From positions 4,768,001-4,832,000 of the forward strand of contig CBDCNP010000002.1 of assembly GCA_965219415.1 (NCBI GenBank): 64,000 nt of DNA, written 5' to 3'. The notes beneath the pieces are model-generated. The model saw only the letters and a list, made by a program, of their open reading frames with translations. It had not been told where the DNA came from and searched no databases. Numbering within the stretch: position 1 is the first letter of the stretch; each line of letters begins with the position of its first letter. Shown here in pieces: positions 30,901 through 40,023 of the stretch. The stretch comes from Candidatus Marinacidobacterales bacterium (GTDB taxonomy: Bacteria; Acidobacteriota; Vicinamibacteria; Marinacidobacterales; DATDRI01). Made by a program: the position numbers and the translations under genes.

Positions 30901-33008
30901 TCGCTTCAATGGGGCCGCGTTCTCATGAACGCGGAAACGTCAGTTTCCTTCGACATATTGCGGCGAATGCTCCGCTTCAATGGGGCCGCGTTCTCATGAA
31001 CGCGGAAACAAATTTAACTTTCTCCCCTTGAGTGGGTGGAGGGCTCGCTTCAATGGGGCCGCGTTCTCATGAACGCGGAAACGCTCACCCAGCTTGTCGA
31101 CGTCTCCGCCGGCTAGCTCGCTTCAATGGGGCCGCGTTCTCATGAACGCGGAAACCGGCACGGGAAGCACGACGGCGATTCGCGGAAGCTTTGCTTCAAT
31201 GGGGCCGCGTTCTCATGAACGCGGAAACCGGAAAAAAGAGTAGGTCTCATCATCCTCGCTATTCGGCTTTCGCTTCAATGGGGCCGCGTTCTCATGAACG
31301 CGGAAACAACTCGTGACCGTCATCTCCGGGTGGACGGATGCCACGCTTCAATGGGGCCGCGTTCTCATGAACGCGGAAACGCTTCGCGGGGCTTCGCTCG
31401 AGTTCATCCCTAAAAATGCTTCAATGGGGCCGCGTTCTCATGAACGCGGAAACGCTCGACCGCGTCCGCGTCCTGGGCCTGGAGGCCTCGGCTTCAATGG
31501 GGCCGCGTTCTCATGAACGCGGAAACACCGTCGGGCTGGTCGCTCAAAGGCTAGGTCGGAACGGCTTCAATGGGGCCGCGTTCTCATGAACGCGGAAACG
31601 CTGTCGCTGGGTTCTTCGGCATAAAGGCCATACTCAAGCTTCAATGGGGCCGCGTTCTCATGAACGCGGAAACACGCGGATCTTGGTGGTCTGCCCCGCG
31701 TCACTGACCAAACTTCAATGGGGCCGCGTTCTCATGAACGCGGAAACGCTTCTGCCGGTACGTTGTCAGCGGACATCGCGTCGCTTCAATGGGGCCGCGT
31801 TCTCATGAACGCGGAAACTTGAGGGACCATCCCTCAAACCTCTCTAAAGTGTTGAGCTTCAATGGGGCCGCGTTCTCATGAACGCGGAAACCCGGCGCTG
31901 AAGCTGCTTGATCCGTTCCTCGGCCGCCTCGCTTCAATGGGGCCGCGTTCTCATGAACGCGGAAACCCGATTACGAAGCCGAAGAACGAAGGCAAAGGGA
32001 AGCGGAAGCTTCAATGGGGCCGCGTTCTCATGAACGCGGAAACGATTTCCTGTTCGACGTGATACCGACGAGCAATAACTTGCTTCAATGGGGCCGCGTT
32101 CTCATGAACGCGGAAACAACTTGAACAGGCGTTTGCTGGCATGAGCGACGAAACGCTGCTTCAATGGGGCCGCGTTCTCATGAACGCGGAAACGAGATTC
32201 ATCAAGGTAACGGTAACAGCAGCTTGCCGCGTCGCTTCAATGGGGCCGCGTTCTCATGAACGCGGAAACGGCATGACCTCGAACTCGTCAAGTCGACGAT
32301 CGTCGCGCTTCAATGGGGCCGCGTTCTCATGAACGCGGAAACGTGTCACATAGTTCGTACTTCCCATACCCGGTTGCAGCGCTTCAATGGGGCCGCGTTC
32401 TCATGAACGCGGAAACCCCGAAATCCTCGTCGTCTCGAAGGTATGGCCGGCGCGGCTTCAATGGGGCCGCGTTCTCATGAACGCGGAAACGTCAAATTTC
32501 GCTCTTGACAAGCTATGAGGTTTTGTCGCTTCAATGGGGCCGCGTTCTCATGAACGCGGAAACGAAATCGAGACATTCCCGAGGTCCTCGAGACCCTGCA
32601 CGCTTCAATGGGGCCGCGTTCTCATGAACGCGGAAACCGAGTTATACCCGAAGCAGATGGAACACTTCTGGGCGGGGCTTCAATGGGGCCGCGTTCTCAT
32701 GAACGCGGAAACGACATGATGCCGCAGTGGAGGACGGATAGCGTCGAGTGGCTTCAATGGGGCCGCGTTCTCATGAACGCGGAAACCCAGCGAATCTTGC
32801 CGAGCACTAAACCGTCTGAGCTACGCTTCAATGGGGCCGCGTTCTCATGAACGCGGAAACGACGCCAAAATGTTGGAGTTCACTGGAACCGGCCTGCTTC
32901 AATGGGGCCGCGTTCTCATGAACGCGGAAACTCGATTAACTGTGCCATCGTCATCGTCGCGCTGGTCGGGTCGCTTCAATGGGGCCGCGTTCTCATGAAC
33001 GCGGAAAC
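27930..33008 (-). CRISPR. CRISPR array: ~68 full 36-bp repeats (hand count) plus one truncated repeat; repeat GTTTCCGCGTTCATGAGAACGCGGCCCCATTGAAGC
   Basis: Near-invariant repeat with CCGCGTT/AACGCGG hairpin; unique ~35-43-bp spacers; orientation inferred from the ATTGAAGC 3' end and adjacent cas2; one variant repeat near 31712. Confidence 0.98.
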
Positions 33009-33178
33009 AGACCGCTCGACAACTCTTTGCGAAATAAAGGCTTTTTCGCTTGTTATCGAGAGGTCGTTGTATGCACGCGCTCGCACTGGCTCGTGGGCCG
33101 CGTCGTCATGGCTTAAACCTCTAGTTGTCAAAGAGCACGAGCGGCGGCGGGCACTCGGGCACCACCCCGCCGCTCGAA
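33009..33178 (-). promoter_or_regulatory. Probable CRISPR leader
   Basis: Non-coding segment between the cas2 stop and the first repeat. Confidence 0.7.
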
Positions 33179-33472
33179 TCATACAACGAATACCGTTGTT
33201 GCCGGTCGATAGGGTTTTCCAAGACATTGGAGATCTGTTTCTAGCGGTTGTGTGGCCGCACCCAGCTTCAGTATCATGACCTGATCCTCACTGTCATGGA
33301 TGGTCCGGTGAAGCTTGCCGCGGAGCTCCGCCAGCTCGCGGGGATTCACCTCGCAGAAAAAGACGCTGTATTGTGCGCGGTCCCCATAGCCAGACAACGT
33401 TCTGAAGACCTGGTTGCGCCGCTTATCATCTGCGACGTCGTAAGCGACCAAGTACCGTTTTCGGCTCGTCAT
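33179..33472 (-). CDS. cas2: CRISPR-associated Cas2
   Basis: YLVAYDVADDKR...GDRAQYSVFFC...EDQV. Confidence 0.95.
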   Translation of the reverse strand: MTSRKRYLVAYDVADDKRRNQVFRTLSGYGDRAQYSVFFCEVNPRELAELRGKLHRTIHDSEDQVMILKLGAATQPLETDLQCLGKPYRPATTVFVV

Positions 33473-35193
33473 CAGCGGGTGACGATGCTTTGATAGCTGG
33501 GCACGTCTCCCCGCAACCAACGTGCCAGCAATCTGGCGTGAACTCGAATCATGCTCCGCCACGAGCAGCGATAGCCGAACACCGGATGAGTAACCACCTG
33601 GTCGAGCCGGGATTCATAGGCTTGGATCATGGCCTTGCGCGCGATTGGATTGAGCATGCATCCGGCCCTGCTCGTCGTGAAATCCTTGGCCTTTAACATT
33701 CCGGTGTTCACGGCACTCACGACGGCGGAGTCCGCGATCAAAGGGCGCAGTGGCTCCATCAAATCCAATGCGAGGGCTGGGCGTCCATGTCGAGGTCGGT
33801 GATAGAAGCCCCACCACGGGTCCAAACCTTCAGCCAAGAGGGCCACCGTGCACTCCTTGGTCAGTAGGGCGTAGCCAAAGGAAAGCAGCGCATTGACGGG
33901 GTCCTTCGGCGGGCGCCGATTTCGGCTCGCGAAGTCCCACACCGCATCGAAGTCCCGTGGTCGGAGCATGCCATCGAAGTGCCGAAAATAGTGTGCTGCG
34001 AGGCTGCCTTCGAGACCAAGCAATTGTTCCACACTCTGAACCCGAGCCGTGCTCTTGATCAATTCCTGCATTTCACGAAGCGTACGATCGGTGACGGTTC
34101 CGTTACGTCTCAGCATCGTGCGTTGATTCGACCCTTTCGCGGCAACGACCGCTTTGGCGAAGCTCAGACACCTGTTCGGTTGGGCCGCAGCCGCAAATTG
34201 CGCAGCGCGATCGTAGGCATTGCGAAGCCCGATACCATATGTGATTGCATGGAACCAGTGCCCCGAAGATAGGTGAACGATAGGAACGCCCGCTTCAGAG
34301 AGAAGATGAATGGTTTGGGCGCTGACGCCTACGTTCCCGCACAATACGAGCTGGCTCACGTCTTTGAGGCGGGCGGAGGCCAGGTTGTCCTTGCCCTTGC
34401 GGATGATCAAGTTCTCCGCGGTTTTTCCGACCTTCGCTCCCTGCTCCTGTACATACAGTGGAACGGCGTCATCGCGGGCCGGATACAGTCGGCGTACGGC
34501 CGGTGCTATGGGATCCGCAGGGACTTGCTGAAGTGCGAGCGTCTCATCCGGCAGGCAGATTCCATTGAGGGAACATCCAATGCACTTAGGACTATCTTCG
34601 AGAGGGGGAGGCAGTTTCTCTCGATATGCGGACTGGCGCGCCTCCTCGATTAACGACAGCGTCAGCGCTTCAAGCTCGGTGGTGAACGGCACGTCGACGC
34701 GTGTTCTGGAGCCTGAGAAATAGAGCAATCCGTGGTCGCACTGGTAGCCGTGTTCGCGCAAGAGCAGTCCCTGTGCCATCAGCTGTACGCGCTCCGGCTC
34801 CCACGAACGGTGATCGTTGTTGGGCACGCGCCCGCGCTTCGTTTCGACGGGCACGGCCTCACGCCCATCGCTGGAAACCAAGTCGAGCTTGGCTGTGATA
34901 CGAAGACGATCCGAGGAGAGCGGTACCGAACGAGTCACGGTGGGTGGTTCGTCGTCATCAAATCTAGCGGTAACAGAAGAAACGTCGGGCTGATTAGAGA
35001 GGCTAGCTTCTGGATCGGGTAAGACGTGGTCGAGTTTGTCCACTCGCCGGTGAGCTTGTTTCCCCTCGACGGTATAGACGTTGTCGGCCCAACGGCCTTC
35101 CACGTGCATCAGGTGAAAAAGCCGGGGACAGTAGGCGAACTCGTTGAGCATGCGCACGGGGAGGAAATCTTCCGCGCGTGACCCGTCATCCAC
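33472..35193 (-). CDS. cas1: Cas4/Cas1 fusion
   Basis: Cas4: YCPRLF, KLDLV, PVETKRG, PKCIGCSLNGIC; Cas1: GLEG, RNRRPPKDPVNALLSFGY, ALDLMEPLRPLIAD. Confidence 0.95.
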   Translation of the reverse strand: MDDGSRAEDFLPVRMLNEFAYCPRLFHLMHVEGRWADNVYTVEGKQAHRRVDKLDHVLPDPEASLSNQPDVSSVTARFDDDEPPTVTRSVPLSSDRLRITAKLDLVSSDGREAVPVETKRGRVPNNDHRSWEPERVQLMAQGLLLREHGYQCDHGLLYFSGSRTRVDVPFTTELEALTLSLIEEARQSAYREKLPPPLEDSPKCIGCSLNGICLPDETLALQQVPADPIAPAVRRLYPARDDAVPLYVQEQGAKVGKTAENLIIRKGKDNLASARLKDVSQLVLCGNVGVSAQTIHLLSEAGVPIVHLSSGHWFHAITYGIGLRNAYDRAAQFAAAAQPNRCLSFAKAVVAAKGSNQRTMLRRNGTVTDRTLREMQELIKSTARVQSVEQLLGLEGSLAAHYFRHFDGMLRPRDFDAVWDFASRNRRPPKDPVNALLSFGYALLTKECTVALLAEGLDPWWGFYHRPRHGRPALALDLMEPLRPLIADSAVVSAVNTGMLKAKDFTTSRAGCMLNPIARKAMIQAYESRLDQVVTHPVFGYRCSWRSMIRVHARLLARWLRGDVPSYQSIVTR

Positions 35194-35204
35194 AATAGCC
35201 CCGT

Positions 35205-36845
35205 TTAGCGTACGCGGTTGGAACCCGCGCCACCGTGTTCGGCCGCGAACAGGCCGAGTCCGTAGTGGCTGGCGTAGCCGAGAGTGATCGGCCCAGAAAT
35301 GGATTCGTCGAAGACTAGCCGAATACCGAACGCTCGGTGCGCGGGGGGCTGGGGTTTCTCGCCGCGGCGCGTACGGACAAAGCTCAACAGCTTCTTCTCA
35401 ATCAGCTCCTTCCTGCTGAACGTGTCAATGAGCTGCGGCTGTGGCAGACTTCTGCTTTCGAGCTCTGCGCGAATCTGATCTTCTAGACTGTGGTTCCGTT
35501 TTTTGAGATGTCGCGGTGGAACGAAGGGCGTGATGCTGCTCCAGCGGTGGGATGTCGACAACTCCGAAAGAGATCTGCCTGAACGCCGGCGCAACTGCGC
35601 GGCGACTTGCGACAGGTCCGCCATTCCAACGCATGTAACGAAGATATCCTTGTCGCCACCCTTAGTCCAGGTTCGCCGCAAGCGTCCGATCGCTGCTTGA
35701 GCACGCTCGTCAAGCCCCATGGGCGCGTGAACGATGACGTGGTCGAGGCGACCGTCCTCGTCCAGATCCAAAGGCAGATAGTGAGCGTGTTGGTGACCAG
35801 TTAGACGGCGGCCCTCGGTTGGATCTCGGCCGGAAAGGACGGAGCACATCGAGGCCTCGTCGCCGAGCAGGCTGACCAGCGACTGGTGAAGCAGCTCAGC
35901 CTGCGGCAGGCAGCGCGTGAACAATGGAAGGACATCACCGCGTTTCGTATCCGAAGTGAGGGCCAGCAACGCGGCCTGAACGGAAGGCTTGGAGCGTGGA
36001 TGAAAGGCTTGATGTCGCGGCCGGCGCTCGAGTGTTCCTGCCGGCCGGCGATACAGGATCTGCTGAGAACCGGGTGGCTGACTCCAACCTTGCTGCTGCA
36101 AGTCGACGGTCTCCTGGAGCAGGCAGCCGAGTAGATCGTCTGGGTACAGTGCCATGATTTTCGCTTCTGCCTGGGCAAGCTGTGTCTTGGTGGCCTGCTT
36201 GTGCTTTGCCGCAGCGGCAGCCCGAACCCTTGCGAACGCCGCTCTCTTAGCTTGTTCGCTCGCCGCGCTTCGCCAGCAATCATATTCCGATGCCGAAACC
36301 GGAGCGAGGAGAGCTACGTCGTCGCCGCCTAGGTCAGGCAACGATGATGAGCCATTCTGGCGAGCGACGCACCACGTTGCATCGGGAATCACGTCGTCAG
36401 CCAAGCGTCCTTCAACCCAGCTCTCGGCTCGGCCGAAGTATCCGAGGCTTGAGACTAGGCTCTCGAGAAGTTCCAGCTCGTCGGACGGCAACTCGCTAGG
36501 AAAATGGATGAGAAGCTCCTCACCTGCGTCTAACCGCACAAAGGTATCGATGACCTTGGTCGTGGTCTGCTTCCGGCCTTCGATCACGGGCATGTAATGG
36601 CGCGTGTGGGAGACCTCGCCTGCGGGAAGTCGAAAACTCGGAGGCTCGGTAGCGAGGTGCGTAATCAGGGAGCACGCATCATCGGGCACCGCTTGCCAAA
36701 CAAGCTTCGAGAAGCCCGTTGCCACCAGGGCGCGAAGCACTCGCCAGGGGCTTGGTGGCCACTCGATGGCGCCTTCGTTGACATGCCGACCCCACGGGGT
36801 CGCGTGATAGCGTCCTCCTGGAAATCGTAGCGCGATCATCGTCAT
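35205..36845 (-). CDS. csb2: Type I-G Csb2 (Cas5/Cas6 fusion)
   Basis: GRYHATPW...EWPPSPWRVLRAL, YFGRAESW, C-terminal GPITLGYASHYGLGLF. Confidence 0.92.
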   Translation of the reverse strand: MTMIALRFPGGRYHATPWGRHVNEGAIEWPPSPWRVLRALVATGFSKLVWQAVPDDACSLITHLATEPPSFRLPAGEVSHTRHYMPVIEGRKQTTTKVIDTFVRLDAGEELLIHFPSELPSDELELLESLVSSLGYFGRAESWVEGRLADDVIPDATWCVARQNGSSSLPDLGGDDVALLAPVSASEYDCWRSAASEQAKRAAFARVRAAAAAKHKQATKTQLAQAEAKIMALYPDDLLGCLLQETVDLQQQGWSQPPGSQQILYRRPAGTLERRPRHQAFHPRSKPSVQAALLALTSDTKRGDVLPLFTRCLPQAELLHQSLVSLLGDEASMCSVLSGRDPTEGRRLTGHQHAHYLPLDLDEDGRLDHVIVHAPMGLDERAQAAIGRLRRTWTKGGDKDIFVTCVGMADLSQVAAQLRRRSGRSLSELSTSHRWSSITPFVPPRHLKKRNHSLEDQIRAELESRSLPQPQLIDTFSRKELIEKKLLSFVRTRRGEKPQPPAHRAFGIRLVFDESISGPITLGYASHYGLGLFAAEHGGAGSNRVR

Positions 36846-36856
36846 GTGACGTTACC

Positions 36857-37807
36857 CTATTGCTTGAACTGGACAGTCGTGACACCGGCCATCTTGTCCT
36901 TGCACGCGGCGATGGCAGCCGGAAGAGACGTTTCCAATTCGGCCAGAGGTGGAAGCTCGAACCCATCGGGTGCGTCAGCGGCAATAGCGCCGTCGCCGTC
37001 TGCAAGGGTGAAGTCACAGGCGGTGCGCAAGCGTAGGTCACCGTCGAGTAGAGCGCGGATTTTGTACAAAGCCAGCAGAATCAGTAACCGCTCCGACTCC
37101 GACCCAAGTCCGTACCCACGGATCTGACCGAGGTCAAGATTGAAGTAGGCCGTGATCGTCTGAGCCGTGTATTCCTCGCGATGAAAAGGGACATTGCCGA
37201 AGCCGCGGGCTGTATCCCCGCTCGGATTGACAGTGTCGTTCTTGACTCCGCCGGACGCGGCGACTTGTGCCTCGCTAGCTTCGATGAAGGCTGACAACGA
37301 ACGGGCAACGCGGAGACGGCCACCTGCCATCTCCTTCTTCGCGAGGAATACACCATGAAGCAGACTGTTGCAGTCGAACTCGAAAAGTGTCTCAGCAAGA
37401 ACGTGGCGATCGATCGGCCCTTCCTTCAGCGGCGCCACCGCATGCTTCAGCCGGTCAAAAAAGCTCCGATCCTTGCTCTCGAGAATATAGGGGCTATTGA
37501 TGCGGTGGGCTTCGGTAATCGAGCTCGTCAGATACGTACCATCCCGTTCGACACGGATGTAGCTTAGACCTGTCAGCGGCTCTCGCAGGTCCTGCGTCGT
37601 CTCGTCCCAACACACCGCTTCCAGGCGGTTGGCCATCGATTGGGCGCTTTCTACGAGCAGGCACGGCGCGTCACCGGCCTGGTAGGATGCGGCTCCGAGA
37701 TCAGGAAATCCCGTGGGCTGGAAGCGCGTGCCCTGAACGGGTTTGAGCTCAACGCTCATCAGAAGCTTACGGGCGTCGTTGAAAGGGGTCAGCTCGATAC
37801 TCATCAC
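36857..37807 (-). CDS. csb1: Type I-G Csb1 (Cas7)
   Basis: FQPTGFPDLGAA, LLVESAQSMANRLE, EAHRINSPY, SLLHGVF, LRLRTACD. Confidence 0.92.
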   Translation of the reverse strand: MMSIELTPFNDARKLLMSVELKPVQGTRFQPTGFPDLGAASYQAGDAPCLLVESAQSMANRLEAVCWDETTQDLREPLTGLSYIRVERDGTYLTSSITEAHRINSPYILESKDRSFFDRLKHAVAPLKEGPIDRHVLAETLFEFDCNSLLHGVFLAKKEMAGGRLRVARSLSAFIEASEAQVAASGGVKNDTVNPSGDTARGFGNVPFHREEYTAQTITAYFNLDLGQIRGYGLGSESERLLILLALYKIRALLDGDLRLRTACDFTLADGDGAIAADAPDGFELPPLAELETSLPAAIAACKDKMAGVTTVQFKQ

Positions 37808-40023
37808 GTAACGGTCTCCTTACGTTCGTTCGTCAATTTAGAGTCGTGTTCCTTGAGCGCGTCAGCAGGTCGCGTCAACCGACGGGCCAGTGCGGTCGCG
37901 TCTTTTTCTCTGATCGGAAACGAGAGCGCTACGGCGAGGCGCCGCGCTTGTTCCGGGTTGCCGACGGCCAGACGTACGCGTGGGCGAAGTCCGGAAGCGA
38001 TGAGCCTTCGGATCGCCAACGCTGCCGCGCCAGACAGGTCACCAGCATCCAGTCGCGAGAAAATAGCTGGATCCAGGCGGACCAACACTGCCTCGGCTCC
38101 AGGTGCAAGCTGCAGTGCTCGTGGCCAGTACGCGATTCGCATGAGACCGTACACACTCAGCGACCCGAGCGCATCGGTCGTAGTATGCTGTGAATGCCGC
38201 GTGTGGAGTTCACGCCAATTCAATGCCATCAGTGGTCGGGCTAGGTCGAGGATCGCCGTCTCGTTCAGCCTGCCCGCGAGGAACTTGGCAATGTCATCCG
38301 TCCCTGCCTCAGCGCCGCGCACGGCCACAAGCGGAAGCTGAGGCGATACCCTCCGCGCGGCCTCGACCATACGGCGCCGCATTAACGCGATTGCGACGCC
38401 GTCTAGGGTGTTCCCAACGCACACAACCTCAGGAGAAAGAGCAAGTGCTTCGCTTCTGACGTGGAATCGCGCCTTTCGGGTGAGCGATCCCTGCTCGAGT
38501 GGCAGAAAGTGACGACGGATCGGATCTTGCCAGTCGATCGTCTGCTTCTCGCTGGTGCCATGCTGTGAAGCGAGGGCTAGAGCGAGTCGCATCTCAGGGC
38601 TGCCGTCATCGGCAGCGTCGAGCCAAGCGACACTCAACGTGGGGACAGGTCGCAGGCCCTTGGAGCCCGCGAAGCGCGGGCTTCGAGGAAGCTGTGCTTC
38701 AGCCGCACCGACCGCGATCAGCAGCGCCTGCCACTGTGACGGGTTACGTCCGTCGCGACAACAGGCGAGAATAGCTTCCTCGCACGCACGCGCGCTACGG
38801 GATATCGAGTTCGGCGCGTAGTTATCCGAGCCAGCGCGACGCAGCCCCTCCACCCATCCTGCGACTTCGTCGATCAGATCCTGATGTGGCTGTGCTTGGA
38901 CTCTCCAGCGGCCGAGCGGGACTGCAAGGTTCGCCTGGCCGTTCCGCTCGATATAGCCATACCGCTCGAAGGCGGTGATACCACGAGTAACGCCAAGGCG
39001 AGCGATGGCCCGTCCGAAGTCGATAGGTCGAGCCGCGAGGCGTGTCCCAATCTGGCTGCGGCCCTCCGCTATGAGGGAAGTGAGCTCACCAAGAGTAGCG
39101 GGCCGCTCCCATAGCGGCATCCATTGTTCATCTCGATTCTTGTCCGCCGCCGAGGCACTTGCAAAACCTGCAGCGGACGAGCGGACTGCGAAAGGCGCGG
39201 CTGCCTGCCGTGACGCGTGGGCTATCGTGCGCCGCGCCAAGGAAGCGACGAAAAGAAGAGTGCCTTCCAACATCAGGACAAAATCCCACGGGTTGACGAG
39301 ACTGTCGCCGCCGAAGCCCGTGCTGCTGTTCGCGCCACCTGCACTGCCTGGGTGGAACTGTCCCACGGCGCTCCTCTGCAGACCGGCCTCCGGATGCCGG
39401 AACAGCGCCGCGTCCAGCAATCGCAAGGAGGCGGGCTGTGAGGGCGCTTGCGGGTGCTCGCATTCGACCAGCTCCGCCAGACGTTGCATGAAATTGTTCG
39501 TGAAGTCGAGCCGGCCGTCGTTGCCACCCGTTCCCAGGAGCGCTGGATAAACAGGCTCTCCATCACCGTCAAGCACAACGGCGGCCTCCAGCCACTCCAA
39601 CAGCGGACCTGACCACCGTTGGCGACATTCGCGCAGTAAAACACTCTTCGCCTCGTTCTTGGGGCTGGCCTTTATTAGGCTCGTTGCGGATCGCCCCATT
39701 TCGATCGCTTTGCGATAGCCTGCGAAGCGGTCTGAGCAATTCTTCGCGATCGCCGCGATCCCGTCCTTGTTGTCGTTCGAGTAGAAGCCGCTTCCGCCAT
39801 TCCAAGGCGCCACCAGCGGCGTGGGTTCGTAGTCCTCGAGGAAAAACTCCAGCAAAACGTTGCCATCAAGCGTCGTCGCGAGATGGAATGACTCTTCCTT
39901 CCACCAGCCGCGAGCGGCGGAATCTTTCTGGTTCGAGACGAGACGAAGGATGCCGAGTGCCTTGAGATAGTGCGCGAGAGGCGTCGGGCTACATCCGGTG
40001 AGATGGTGAACGTGTACTGTCAT
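37804..40023 (-). CDS. csx17: Type I-G large subunit Csx17 (Cas8u2)
   Basis: PLAHYLKALGILRL, PWNGGSGF, LLGTGGNDGRLDF, NPWDFVLMLEG; start overlaps the cas3 stop. Confidence 0.92.
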   Translation of the reverse strand: MTVHVHHLTGCSPTPLAHYLKALGILRLVSNQKDSAARGWWKEESFHLATTLDGNVLLEFFLEDYEPTPLVAPWNGGSGFYSNDNKDGIAAIAKNCSDRFAGYRKAIEMGRSATSLIKASPKNEAKSVLLRECRQRWSGPLLEWLEAAVVLDGDGEPVYPALLGTGGNDGRLDFTNNFMQRLAELVECEHPQAPSQPASLRLLDAALFRHPEAGLQRSAVGQFHPGSAGGANSSTGFGGDSLVNPWDFVLMLEGTLLFVASLARRTIAHASRQAAAPFAVRSSAAGFASASAADKNRDEQWMPLWERPATLGELTSLIAEGRSQIGTRLAARPIDFGRAIARLGVTRGITAFERYGYIERNGQANLAVPLGRWRVQAQPHQDLIDEVAGWVEGLRRAGSDNYAPNSISRSARACEEAILACCRDGRNPSQWQALLIAVGAAEAQLPRSPRFAGSKGLRPVPTLSVAWLDAADDGSPEMRLALALASQHGTSEKQTIDWQDPIRRHFLPLEQGSLTRKARFHVRSEALALSPEVVCVGNTLDGVAIALMRRRMVEAARRVSPQLPLVAVRGAEAGTDDIAKFLAGRLNETAILDLARPLMALNWRELHTRHSQHTTTDALGSLSVYGLMRIAYWPRALQLAPGAEAVLVRLDPAIFSRLDAGDLSGAAALAIRRLIASGLRPRVRLAVGNPEQARRLAVALSFPIREKDATALARRLTRPADALKEHDSKLTNERKETVT

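Noticed and set aside
27930-33008. Self-targeting or IS-targeting spacers
   Set aside because: None spotted by eye, but an exhaustive alignment could not be run, so nothing is claimed
27961-33279. Many short ORFs containing LQWGRVLMNAET / MGPRSHERGN
   Set aside because: Translations of the CRISPR repeat, not genes
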